The position numbers and the translations under genes were made by a program. Below are positions 28,213 through 41,387 of a stretch of DNA of 64,000 nucleotides, one piece after another. How positions within the stretch are numbered: the stretch's first letter is position 1; each line of letters starts with the position of its first letter. Location of the stretch: the NCBI RefSeq assembly GCF_000485595.1, contig NW_014577083.1, forward strand, positions 212,932 through 276,931, read 5' to 3'. The notes below the pieces were generated by a model. That model made no database searches and was not told where the DNA came from. It saw nothing but the letters and a program-made list of their open reading frames with translations. This DNA comes from Priapulus caudatus. Its lineage: Eukaryota.

Positions 28213-28487
28213 AAATTAATATTATTGAGCCATATATTGATGGAATGCAATTCTCTGTCACTTGTCTAGTGTCGCCAGTCGCGAGTCGCGAGTTGCGATC
28301 TATAGTCACGAACTGTATATATGTATATGCATGTACCGAGCGCATGCAGTTGGTCGTTCTACCCATAGATATAATCAGGAGTGTATAATACACCTATCCA
28401 TACATACACCTATCCATACATACCTCCTATTATACACTCCTGATATAATCAAGAGTATATAATATATATATATGCGTGCGTGCGTGC

Positions 28488-28536
<49 letters not shown>

Positions 28537-31500
28537 TGTGAGTGCGTATGAGCGCAGAAATGATTTTATAGTTTAGCGTAATACTTAATTGTACATAAAG
28601 TACTGTCGTTATATTTTATTATGTTTTATTATATTTTTCTCTGGTACGTTGTACAACGTACNNNNNNNNNNCATAATCTCTATTATGTAATATAACAGCG
28701 GTGAATAATGTCAAAATTTGTTATTATTCACTCATGATGATAAAAGCTTAGTAACAAAATAGAAAAACAAGTGGTTGCTCCAGCAGACGTGTAGGCAACA
28801 CTAAGAAAAAACGCAAACTCCTAATTTACGCAAAACAGAAAAAAACCTGTTTGTTGAACAAGTACAAATTAATTTTAAAGCGATCTGTCACTCATTTAGC
28901 AACGCCAACGCGGCTAAGATAAAGTTATAAACGAAATAAGTGAGGGACAGAAGTTGGAATAGAAAAAAATATGTGGAAATAAATCTCAGGCGATATTCCC
29001 TCATTCGAAGATTCACAAAGTAGTTCTGATGAATGCGATGGGGCACCTTAATTACGATTAGGGTCAGTCCCCTACATGGGTAAAAGGTAGGAAGAAGCTA
29101 AATTAGGAATAAACCGGGCCTTGATGTTAGCCAGCAAGTCTGCGGGAATCAACGCCGGCATACCAGCGCTAAATAACTTTGCTTATTATTTCGCTTCTGA
29201 TATCACTATCGTCAGAGAAACGTGGATCGGCCACCGACGCTCTCTCCTTACTATTTCAGTTTCAGTTATAAAGAAGGCGTTGAAATATTCCGTGCCCACT
29301 GCAGATCTTGGTTACGCGCAGGACAAATGCTGATTTGTTAATTTTTATAAAGTTTTAAAATGTCGTTATCGTTATGCGGGGCAGCGACTGCTGATCCATA
29401 ATAATATTTTAAAAATCGCCACTTCAATATTATGAATGTATGGATGTATGGAATCGCCAATTCAATATATGGAGTAGGCCTATACATACATTATTGTCGC
29501 AGACACTGTCTTTCAGTTCCTGTAGATCTGGTAATTAACGGTTTATTGGACGAGTTATTGGTACCAAACGGTCTTGACCCACCTACAGCTAATTCACCAT
29601 TCAAACATAGGTTATATAATTGACTTTAATAATTTTATATTATTCATTTTTACTGTGCTAATGAAACAGACCATAGACTCGGTCCGTTCGAAAAGTATAG
29701 GCATATAAGAACGAAACATCGACAGCGTGGGAAAGCACTATATAACATTAATCCACACTGATAATCGATATAAGAAATCCCAGGGATGCGGAGATAATAT
29801 GATTTAGAGTTTACTTCGTATAGCGAATGTTACAAATTAAGAACTCAGTTGGTCCGAGAAACGGTAATTGGTTCGTATATGCGCATGCGGCTCGTGGCGC
29901 GCACATTATATTAAAATAAATAACCACCTACCCCAATCAATCATTAATCCGAATTGAGCTTCGGACGTAGCTAATACGCTTATAACGAAGTGACACGTAT
30001 ACGTCAGGTGCCCTGATATCAGACACAGTGCACGGTTATTTATTTTCTCTACCTAATGATTAATTGCGTTTGCTTTGAGGATAACTATTACTATACGGCA
30101 CAGAATCGTTTAGAAATAATCTGCACTCACAGCCATGGAATTCAGACGATGTTCACAACTCGCAAACTCTTTGTATTTTTGAGACATCTATTCGTCTTCA
30201 ATACGGTCCCTTGGACTTTGAAGACTAATATTTATGAGGTTATCTATTATTTACAGAATCAATGTAACAACATTCCCTTCATCATAGACGCACAAGTAGT
30301 GACTAAATCGATATTAGGATATCTGAAGAATAATACATACACTTAGTTTGTAGGTGTACGCTTAAGGAATATCAAAACCACACATGCAAGCTCCTGGCAT
30401 GCAAACGAAATCTGCTGTTTTAGACATAACGACATACTACTTACGAAATCTCCAAATTATTATGTCCTAAAAGAATACCGCAGACTGACTGCAAACGCGA
30501 CTGGAATTCAAACACAATTGTCATGGCAACCTAATCTATTGTTCACGTAAAAAGATGTAGATTATTCAATCAGCATGATCGTCATAACAGTTATTGTGAC
30601 GTAGGCAATATTTATTTTAGCGACAGGCGTGCAACTACAGTCAATAAAAATGTTTATATAGTCATTGTATTACAACTCTGCAAACACTGGTACAAAGTAC
30701 GACGCTATTCATATCTAGCAGTTTGTTTTATAGCTTATCTAAATAATTTATTACGCATGCATGCTGTACTATAGCTATGCCTATACCAACATGTGATGAA
30801 ATGCGATATGGTGTCTATAAGAAAGAAATTCAATAAATTACACCAATTACGGCAATTAGCGGGAAATGCACATTTCATTTGGAATTTATAAAAGCTGAAA
30901 ATATTATAGATAGAGAAGAAGAGAGTGAATCTAGCCTGAATGGGAAAGATGATGTGTTTTCGGGTCCATGAACCCAACTAAACTGTTATAGGTTTTAATG
31001 TTTGCCTAGTATGAATCACTAGCATCCGCCAATTACGCAAAGAACGAAAAACTCGTTACATATTATCACTGATATTATATATGCAAACATTATTTATCAT
31101 ACGGAAAATTCCAAAACTGGCCTGACAACTTTTCGGGCGATATCGCGCAGTTTCTTGGAATCGGTCAACTGGTTGGCTACGTAACGAGCTGGCATGTTAA
31201 GCACCCTAGATGTTGTACGCAGCACCTCTGCTACATTTATTGTTCCTGCTGATTGCGTTTCGAGCTTTAATTAACACTACGGCGCTTAATTCATGAAATC
31301 TGGAACAAATCCGCATTCGCAGACGGTGGAGTCTAGTACGTTCGATATAAACAAGGTTGGCTACAATACACTGCGGCTTGACACCAATGTCGACAGTTGT
31401 CTGTCTGTTATTGGCCTTAACTTTTCGATATTGCAGTCTTGAGACTTCGTGAAGCTGTGACTTTGGGTAACTGAAGTAGCAATTAAGGCACGCACACTGC

Positions 31501-31864
31501 CAATTCTATGCATATGACGATACTTACTGGCCAGGAGTTTATGTATTGGAATGAAGATAAAATAATATAGTAGTGGTCTATTATTATAATTCTTCAATTA
31601 ATCATCTGCGAAATGCCCAGTAAATAGATACACACTATACACTGTCCCTAGCTGTAGACTTATGCAACGTATAATCATCACGGAATTCGAAAACACATTT
31701 CGGCTTTCTCCAAGCTTACTATAAATTGAATGGCAATTGATGCTACTTGGCGAGCGCACTGCAAACGAATCGAAGCACATCAAAGTAATTAAGTTATTTT
31801 AGCACGCACAGCTAGTTGAGCGGGATAGAGTAGATAGATAGAGTACACTCGATATACACATTCA

Positions 31865-32130
31865 CGCTCTCACGCGCCCACGCACGCGCACACGTACACG
31901 TACACGCGCACACGCACGCGCACACGCACACGCACACGCACACGCACACGCACACACACACACACGCACACGCGCACTCGCACGCGCCCACGCACGCGCA
32001 CGCGCACACGTACACGTACACGCGCACACGCACGCGCATGCACACGCACGCACGCATGCACGCACGCATGCACGCACGCACGCATGCACGCACGCACGCA
32101 TGCACGCACGCACACACACATACACACACA
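31865..32130. repeat. Compound (CA)/(CACG) microsatellite
   Basis: Read directly. Confidence 0.95.
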
Positions 32131-34355
32131 TATATATTTATATATATATATATTGGAAATTCCCGATATCCGATGGACGATCCGGTGGCCGATAGCAACA
32201 TGCGTGTTCGCTAACACATGAAATCTAAATACATGAATGCTGACCTGTTTCGTGACAGATAGGGGGCCTACATGGCTTCCCCAAAAAAAACTAGCAGTGG
32301 TGTTTTAAGATTTTCGAAGTGGTAACACGTACTAAAGAGCCTGATCGATATTGATATAAGAGAAATTAATCTGGGCCGCATGTTGATATAGTTCTCAGCA
32401 GTATAGTAAGATGCAGAAATGAGCGGCTGGTATACGGGGAACGATAGCATCATTAGTTAGCAGCAGTGGTGATGCGGTGGGGCGATCGACTGAGGGGTCG
32501 CGATCGATAATTATATAGGCCTATATATCTCACGGTCCATCAGGAACCGAAGCAATTCATTATAGACACTGTACGGAACCGCAGATATGCGCTTAGAGAA
32601 GGCCGTGTAATTATATATGGTAGGGGATTGGTCACGTTTGGCATCTGAACGTGGCAAAATTGACGTGAATACGCTCTAGCTAGTGGATGAGCTAGAAGTA
32701 AATATAACGAATATATAGGTTACCGATGTAGGAGAGCGGCCCGGTATGTTTCATCTGACGGAATTTGTTGTCCTACGTACAGCCCATGCTATAGCAGCTA
32801 GTTTAATAGGGTCGGCTAGGCCACCCGCTCTCTATCTATGACTTGTGTTTTCCTAGCTGGCTTCCGATGATGGTGTCAGGAAACTCCGGATGCTTCGACC
32901 ACGGGCCACGTATACGTGCTGCATGCTTGCTTGCTATTTATAAGCTCGGTGAGTGGCGAATGTTTTGCGAAAGCGCGCAGTCGGTGGCAACTATATTCTA
33001 CTCGCGTCGCCAAATACCTTGTTCGTTATAACCGACCGGCGAACAATTGTTATTATTCCCCCCTGATTATATCAGGAGCTAGTGTATAATATAGACTCTG
33101 TTAGTCTCTTAATTAGATGTAATCTCGTTATTAGTCTCTTAAGTCTATTCTCTTATTTAGGAATATCAGACTTTCTAATAATCCTCTATATATTATATAC
33201 TCCTGATTATATACATATATATAATAATATGCGAGTCTGTTTTGGGAATTCACGGTGACAAATAAATATGTGCAATATACGGCATGAATGCGCCTGTAAT
33301 GTATACGGATCTATAGGGGCGTATGCATAACGGCGTATATATATATATATATATATATATAGGGGCGTATGCGATATATAGGGGGCCATAGATCCATATA
33401 TTTTTTCTGCATTTCTGCTAAAAGTAATCGGCACCGGGGCACGGTGGGACTGAGGATATACGGTGCATGACACAGATACGGTACAGTATAAGCTAGCTTG
33501 CGCGTTATACATGTTTATTAGGTGCGTACATTTAAAGGTTTTATGTCAGAAACGAGTCTTTCAGAATAATTTTTTTCTAATAATTGGCAATAGCCTGTAC
33601 GTACTAATTAATATACATTATAAATGTCAAACGCATGCCTTCTGGGCGTATAGAAACTGAAAGGAAATATTGGCAAGATTAACAGTCTTGCCAACTGTTC
33701 AAGTATCTCTATAGCCATCATGCACGGCTCCATTGAACTGCTTGTAAAAAAATCACAGGCAACATCTGGGAAATTCATGTCACAGAACAGATGGTTACGT
33801 TTTACGCAAACGGTAGATCTGCTGATTACGCCCCATCTACCGGACAGTGGCGCATAGCTGTACCCGAACTGCAGCTGAGTATGAGGCGCGATGGGGGGGG
33901 GGTACAGATCAATCCTATAGGCTTATAGATCGGCTAGCCGACGGTCGGCGTGTACAGCATCGCGTACAGTAAAACGATATAACGATAAAGAAGTCTTTAC
34001 GTTGACGTCGGCTAAGTAAATCGGGAAAATCTTATATCTATCAAATTTGAGAGGGCCGCGACGATCGCATATGCTGCTTATCTTAATTACTCATCAGGGA
34101 TTGTTCCTTTCTCTTTGGCTTCGTGGTTTTCTAGAGCTATAAAGTTTAATCCAGCTGAATGCGTCAAATAACACTGACAATACAATACCCATGCAATGTC
34201 TCTAGGTTTGCTAGTTGGAGACGCGTTTATTGATATTGCATCCGTTTGCACTCTGGCGCATATTGCGTATCGCTCTGTTTTTGAACATATATATCGATCG
34301 CCATGGAAAGAAGTTCCCGGCTTGCAACAGGAGCGCATGCAGAACCATCCACCGG

Positions 34356-34655
34356 CAGAGGCGCATCTAGCGGGAGGTTGGGGGGTTGCACCCCCCACCC
34401 GTTCAGCCACTGACTACTGTTATGATGATACTAGTAAAATGGGACTAAAAATAAAAAAGTCAGTCTGCAGGCTGATAGAAACTGGGGATTTCCCCGGTGA
34501 CCACACACAGCTGCCTGAACTGTCAGATCCTGAACACTGTCACATTGGGGGAGCACTAAAACGACCCTAGCACCTCGTGGCTTCGGCACACGTACCTAGC
34601 TTCACTCAAATATCAACCCCCTCCCCCCGTCTCCTGAAAGCTAGATTCGCACCTG
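34356..34655. mobile_element. hAT-like MITE
   Basis: Imperfect TIRs CAGAGGCGCATCTAGC...GCTAGATTCGCACCTG; no clear TSD. Confidence 0.5.
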
Positions 34656-34882
34656 CAACGGGCTTTCATTTTGTTAATAGATAGCGAGTAGGTGGCTGGG
34701 GTACGTCGCTGTATGCTCCTATAATTAATGGGCTTCGGGCTAGGGCATGTGCAGGCAGCCGGTTTTATCGTTTACGTTTATCAACGTTTCGGTGGCTCTC
34801 TTCAGTACTAAATTCTAAACGTGATGATCGTTAGATAGCTATCAGAAGTGGTAAAGATTTACTCTTATGACTGGGGCAGACG

Positions 34883-34960
34883 TAGCTCTAGTACTATAGC
34901 CCGCGCGTACAGTTGCCGCTGGCCAGTGGCAACTGTACGCGGGCTATAGTACTAGAGCTA
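34883..34960. repeat. 78-bp hairpin insertion with flanking direct repeat
   Basis: TAGCTCTAGTACTATAGCCCGCG..TACAGTTGCC and its complement, flanked by gggcagacg and gggcagacc. Confidence 0.85.
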
Positions 34961-36369
34961 GGGCAGACCCAGTGTGTTCGCGAGTGGCCAGTCACGCCCC
35001 CTACTGGACGAACAGGCGATGACGTGATTCATCGCACTTAGCGTGCACTTAGCACCTATATGATACATCGCCACTGCTTTCTTATCTCCTTCTTCCTAGT
35101 GCACGGGTACTGTAGATCTTTTATATCAAAGTTTACGAGCACAATGGGCCATACCGCGTTCTCCCACTCAGTTTACTCCGCGATCCGACTTACATGAACT
35201 TTTCACACATTTTTTTCGCTATTCAAGATAAAGAAAGCAAGGCAGATAAAAGGAAAGTGAGATGGAGAGTGCGAGAACGGGTGGAAGGGATGGAGGAAGG
35301 CAACGGGAGGGAGGGTGAAAGGAAGGCGCAGTAGGAAGGGAGCAATTTATTTCTTCAATTTCATATTTATATGGATGGCTAATATATATGTAGCATGTAA
35401 TTATCAAACCTATTCTAAGCGCAACTTCTAAGCGCAATCTTCTCTTGCACACTGCTCAAGTCTATCAACGATGCAAGCCAGCTACTACGGCTGCAGCGTC
35501 ATGATCGCACCACTAACTACTAACAACGTTGAAGCAGTGACTTGAAACAGAAAATCTAATGAAATGCATAAATATGCATTCTTCAGAAGGCCCATGCTAG
35601 CTCTTAGGCGAAGCACTGTCAGAACACATTACTATATAACGTCGCCACTGGATCCGTCCAGCGCAGCTATGGTGAAGCAAAAGAGGTGATGTGGTATCGA
35701 CCGTCATACCATCGTCAGGCGCGAACCCATCGATTTTTGGCCCTGCTTCCTTAATACCTTGGTTAGGTAAACACACCGTGTTGACAAGCGGGGACAAACA
35801 TCTCCAGCGTCTCTGGTGTTATAATAAATGTGTCAACATAACCTTATTTCGACTATCGCAAGGAAGACGCACCTTCCAAGCGTATTCACGACTTCCATAA
35901 AAAAATTATAGCAGCCAAGCAGCGAAATAGGTGTCGCAAAAGGGTGACTGAAACTGAGATAAATGGATCTGCATTCCAAGACCTGTCCTGAACGCCTACG
36001 TCAGTATATAGTAGCAGCTAAAAAAAGGCAAGTTTGACGTTTGATATAGTAGCAAGGCAGCTTGGTTACAGGACGGTCATAAATCCGTAATTGGTTGGTG
36101 TGACTGTGTGAGACGCCGGACATGTGTACCTGGGGGCGAAAAATAATAGAACCTGTTCACGGAGACTCGAAACTGGAAAGATCTAATGGTATGTGCTCAT
36201 GTGTTTGAATTTAGGACACATCTGTACAGGTAAGGTAAGTTGGCGTACGTGTCGCGAAGACGTGGCCGGCCTGGCAAAGCCCGCCGACAAAACGCAAACT
36301 ATTCCAACGCGAAGGACAAATTCATGACGTCACTGCATTGCGCCGCTTACAGTAGTGCCTTAGGCAGAT

Positions 36370-36575
36370 GGGGTCGTTGTCGTATCAGGTACTACAGATA
36401 TGTACCCGAGGTAGTTTTAGATTGTTTAGTATTATATTTATGTTTTTATATGAGGTATGTTTAGGGTTAGGGTTAGGGTTAAGGTACACTTCTGTAGTAC
36501 ACGTATGGTACACTTTGTGTATACATATATGTACCTCGGGTACATATCTGTAGTACCTGATACGACAACGACCCC
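36370..36575. mobile_element. Foldback MITE with central (TTAGGG)n core
   Basis: About 44-bp perfect TIR GGGGTCGTTGTCGTATCAGGTACTACAGATATGTACCCGAGGTA, enclosing TTAGGG x3. Confidence 0.85.
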
Positions 36576-36749
36576 TTCAGCGTAACTTAGAGGTGTATAG
36601 CCTGAGTTAGTTCACGCAGTTTACTCTGTTACATTTTAATCTATATAGTCGGTTTTCGTCAAGTCATGCCGTGAATAATGTGATGAGTTCTGAGCAATCT
36701 GACATTTGTGCAGCATTTGGTTGATGCCCTATAGAAGTACATCAGTATC

Positions 36750-36958
36750 AATATCTATATCTATATCTATTTCCATATCTATATCTATTTCTACATCTTT
36801 ATCTATATCTATATCTATATCTATATCTACATTTACATTTACATCTACATCTCTAACTATGTCTATGTCTATGATCTATGTCTATGTCTATGTCTATGTC
36901 GATGTCTATGTCTATGTCTATTTCTATGTCTATGTCTATGTCTATGTCTATGTCTATG
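36750..36958. repeat. (TCTATA)n/(TCTATG)n hexamer microsatellite
   Basis: Read directly. Confidence 0.95.
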
Positions 36959-37787
36959 CATGTCCATCAATATCTATTGAGCCGGATACAGCTTGTCGTT
37001 CTGTGTGCAGGGCTTACGAGGGTAGCACGTAATTTATGTTATTACTTCTAACCATGCAATAAAGCTCTCTTGGTCAGGACCGATTTAAATGCCACAATCT
37101 CTGCTATGTTATACAGCACACGACCCCGAGTAACGATTAAGGTTTACTTTAATGTGTATAATGATAACAGGATACATGGTCAGTTCTTTGGTGCCACAGT
37201 AGGCCTACCTCCAGTTGCAGAACGCTAATACGGAGGCAGTCGCAATCCACTCATAGACAGCTTTACATTTAGCCGCCATCAGAGGGCAGCACGAGTGTGG
37301 TACGGTAAGATTTGAACAAGGTTATGCATCTCTACAGCTTGCTGGCCCAAAAAATTATTGTCATTAAAGTTAGAACTAATGGCTGGAAACGTGCGTATTA
37401 CCAACTCTGCTTTTTTCCACAAGCAAATACTTGTATAATAATGTTCGAGATAAGCTCAATGTTTATTTAACATGAATATTAGAGAATGCTCTGCACATAT
37501 ATACGTGTAAATTAACTGGATGCAAAGAGACGGGCAATTATAGGCAAGCAATATTATGATTGACCATTATACCTATTAAAATGTTCATTTCTCAAATAAA
37601 TCGGAAAATGAATAAATTTAGGTAAATTTAGTCTCGCCTGTCAGCGTACTTATCACTGATTACTGCAGGATATGAATAATTACGAGTTTCTGCTGTTATA
37701 AGCTAGAAGACAGTAAATGAGCAGCAAACCTGTGTCTGCTATCTTGAGTTTCGCAATAATTGAATTTTCAAACGCTCACACAAAGCA

Positions 37788-38108
37788 AGTGCATGTAGAT
37801 ACGTAAGGCATATATTTATAGACTGGTATCTATCTCGATATGCAGACAAAGGTAACATAGTGTAGAGACAAGTTACCAGTCGATGGCATCTCGCGAGATC
37901 GAAAATCAAGCGCTAGATTTGTTAACAATTAAACGTAAAGAAATCTTGGAATTCAGATCGGTGCACATATAATTGGTGAAACGAATGACACGCGAGTGTT
38001 CTATGACATGCCAACCTCACTTGGTGTTACATAAGGTGTACTTGTCAGTATCAGAATAGTCGAAAAAATATGAAAACGGTTGGACAAAACATGAAAAATA
38101 CTCGCTTA
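37788..38108. mobile_element. Inverted partial copy of the 7733-9283 element
   Basis: Diverged reverse complement of about 8490-8780 plus the terminal arm (TATTTATAGACTGGTATCTATCT; AAAATATGAAAACGGTT). Confidence 0.7.
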
Positions 38109-38614
38109 AAATTGACCATTATTTGCGTTTTGTAGACAAATTATGCATTATATTATATAATGCTAAAAAAATTACAGGCCACGCCCTGCTCTACAAGAAA
38201 TAAAAACGCCGAGTTAACCCAAGCGGGGATATATATAGGATATATAAGTTGAAGATATATGGCCGATAGAATTTATGGGAACCGAAAACCGATGGCAATA
38301 CGTGGATCAGTTTCTCAACAGTTATAATCACAATTTACCTGAATACGCACAGGAGAATCTTTTTCACTACCAATCAAACTTCAACTACTAGTAGCAGCAA
38401 AGGTAAGCGTTTGAATGGATACACATTATAGTGCGAGAAAACATATTGGTTGCCCATGAACATAAATGAAAATACGCGTTTGTTCTGTTTTGAACAAGTT
38501 ATAGTTGAAACGGTGAAAGACAAATAATTTAAATGCGATTCAATAAACACCTCCGTTGGGTTATTTTATCAGCATGTGTAAGCTAGCAGTAGTCCCATCG
38601 TTGATCCTCTGTGC

Positions 38615-39633
38615 CTAGCTGCACTGTGTGCATTCTGCACGGCATCGCGCCACATCCGGGTACACCTCCAGAAAGTTGTCGTGGTACTCTGGCATGTTAC
38701 TCCTCAGAAGTACCTATAGAAATCAACATTAATCATGGATAAAAGACATTTAAGCATTCATTCATTATTCAATACTTGATATTCATCATTCGATTATTAT
38801 TTAAAATCCTTAATAAAAGTCATTTAAAAGATTGAAGAAAAAAGAAAAAACCAAAATTTCATTAAAATGCCTCACATGAAGAAGCCACATCTGCTAAAGT
38901 TCGCCATTGCGATCCACGTTCCGGGTATGGAATTCATTGATGTTTTTAAATAAACAGCTTGCAAAAGCTTAAAGAAGCATTGTTTAATAAGCTTTCGTAC
39001 TTGATATAACATTGAACAGTTTATGAGATACGATATTGCAAATTAATGCCCTCATCTAGCCTTTTCTACAGAATCTGTGTTGATATATTAACTAAATAGT
39101 ATATTGCCCATTGTTCATTTTCGTACATTCAATTTACATTTCAATATCTTACAAACAAGTATCTGAAATATTCTGCTGTCAAAACTAAAAAGTTCTATCA
39201 GCGAGTAAAGCTACAGATACAAGTTAACGTACGTCGATACGAGAATATTCGTTTATCCTAGATTCTATCCTTCGTTATCTTAGACGTCTGATGATATATA
39301 TAACGCAATAAAGAATAGAGATCACCGTACCTTACGCTGCACGATCTGTGCCCGACATTTGCAGCAATCTCGCGCCTGATACTCTACGATCTTCTGCCTT
39401 GAGTAGACCAGCTCGGCTTCGGACAGGTATACCTGCGGCACGAGGTACTTCTCCACGGAGTGCACGCACTTGTGACGCGTCAACGTCACCGGAGAGTAAC
39501 CGTCATAGCGCATGACGTGCGACGTGTCAAGGTCAAGCCGCTTGACGCAGCTTGCCTGCGTCGACACTAGCGTCTGCGTCAGCCAATAGAGTAGCGTCAC
39601 GACGCCGACGACGTTGCGGAACTGCAGAGTCAT
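38615..39633 (-). CDS. Putative secreted divergent cystine-knot-like protein A (133 aa, 2 exons)
   Basis: Exon 39633-39331 has a signal-like N-terminus MTLQFRNVVGVVTLLYWLTQTLVSTQA and ends AAG|gtacgg. Exon 38713-38615 begins ctatag|VLLRSNMPEYHDNFLEVYPDVARCRAECTQCS*. The protein has 8 Cys, spaced C-x26-C...CCxC-x31-CxxxCxxC, close to the neighbouring Norrin (x25 and x30). Confidence 0.75.
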
Positions 39634-40179
39634 TCTGCTATGGCGTCTTTTTTAAGGTTCCTTGATCTATCCACTCGTTATAGTTAATTGCTTTCTCACG
39701 ATGAATTGCGCTTGTCACCTTCACCGTCTCAGGTCTATCTTTGTCGCAATAGAAAATAAATCGCGCAGTAAGCAACCAGGCAAAGTTGGGACCGACATCG
39801 GTCCTCGGCTAGACCTTCTACCGCAGTATGATATCCGCTAGTAGATGGCGCTGTAATCACATGTCCTATCTTTACACGCGAATGGAAAAGCAATCGCACT
39901 CGCGTTGCGTAAATTGATGACCCCGAAAATTTTCTCGATCGTTAGCGCTTAATTCCATAATCGAACGTAAAGATCCTTATAGTCTTCTAGAGATGCTAGC
40001 AATGTCCGGCTAATGTGAGATTCCTGTACTGACCTGCCACAATCACATGTGCTCGTGTATCTTTGCTCGTGACTGTGTGCCTGTGCATGCACTCGCTCGT
40101 GTATGTGTGTGTGGGTTGGCGAGCGCGATGTTGTATCTAGTGTCTATATCGTCTTTAGGCATGGTGGTGATGTGCACAT

Positions 40180-40936
40180 TCACTGTACGGCAACGGTGGA
40201 CTCTCGGTGAGGCACGCAATCCCGAATTTCGTAGAATTTCCCGAAGACTACGCGATTTCCTGATGAATCGTGGCTAAACACCAGCGGCAGCTGAAATGAA
40301 AACGTGGAAACACATACATAGATGATCAGAAGATGTTTTATATCATGACGATACAACTATCCTATACTATATATATATATATGCCTGCCCAAACTTGCAG
40401 TCTGCACGGGGTACTAATCGATCAACTATGCAGGCTTCTTTCATTTCATCACGTATTAAAATTCTTTTTCCGCGATCCTACATTTCTATTTCGAGTTCTC
40501 TTCCGTGGTTCAGTTATTGGTAAATCCCCTCAACATCAGAGACCATTGATCTGTCCGCTTGGAGTAACAGACAAGTAGCTCTTTCTAAACGACGATGCGA
40601 TAGCCGCGTTCTTCCAACGCTGCCTAATAGGCTTCACAACGTCAACGATTTAGCGTGTACGCGTGAAAAATAAAATAACGTAAATAATTAAATAAACACG
40701 TAGTCTCGCGGACCGCACAACAATATATTATAAATAATGGTAATAATAATAATAATAATGGCGTTGAGAAGAACCTTAAGGAACTCTCTGGCCACCACAC
40801 TGCCCAAGAAGTGCAGAAAATCGCACTACTGGGAACAGCACACATACTGCGGAAAATTCAGGATTAAATCCCCATGTCCCAGGTTGGGACACGGCCAACC
40901 CAGAAGCCATCGGCTAATGCCGTGATCCATTTTGGA

Positions 40937-40970
<34 letters not shown>

Positions 40971-41387
40971 GGGCATGCTTATCTCGCTCAGACGCCTGCA
41001 TGGACGAAGGCTCTAATGAGTTACCTCTTTCGGACGCTTCCCAAGGCCGGTGATGAGACATCTACAGTGACCTCGATTATCCAGGTCGTTGATACTTCTC
41101 ACTAGCGCCTTCTCGATCACTTTGCGTTCGCGACACACGGGCGTCAGCAGTTCCTCTCTCAGCTTCTCGTCAAGCTCTGGTATCTCGTAGCCGACGGGCG
41201 GATTCGGTAAGCCGAGTACGATGTCGCACTGGCAGTGTGATGTGCTGGCTGCTGCTGTCGTGGCAGCGAGGTGGCAGCAGATGACCAGACGTAACAGCGC
41301 TGTAGCCGCGGCCCTCACACGAGCGCCCACGGGCTGTCTTCGAACGAGATCTGTAGATTTTTGGGGGGATATGTTAACCTGAAGCAT
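40180..41387 (-). CDS. Putative secreted Cys-containing, cystine-knot-like protein B (~157 aa, 2 exons; start uncertain)
   Basis: Exon 41387-41025 contains hydrophobic AAATALLRLVICCHLAATTAAA, then HCQC-x30-C...HCRC, and ends GAG|gtaact. Exon 40290-40180 begins ttttcatttcag|LPLVFSHDSSGNRVVFGKFYEIRDCVPHRESTVAVQ*. The phase-0 intron sits at about the same structural position as in protein A. Confidence 0.65.
40759..40970 (+). mobile_element. 5'-truncated R4/Dong-type non-LTR retrotransposon in (TAA)n
   Basis: Encodes GVEKNLKELSGHHTAQEVQKIALLGTAHILRKIQD*, followed by a short 3' UTR, with (AAT)n on both sides. Confidence 0.75.

Noticed and set aside
29490..33850. Exon-like plus-strand segments (about 29503-29610, 29824-29863, 32857-32948)
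   Set aside because: The splice signals are plausible, but there is no recognisable protein or coherent model.
35597..35797. SPLVNTVCLP resembling a trypsin motif
   Set aside because: No GWG, DIAL or GDSGG context, and there is a stop just upstream.
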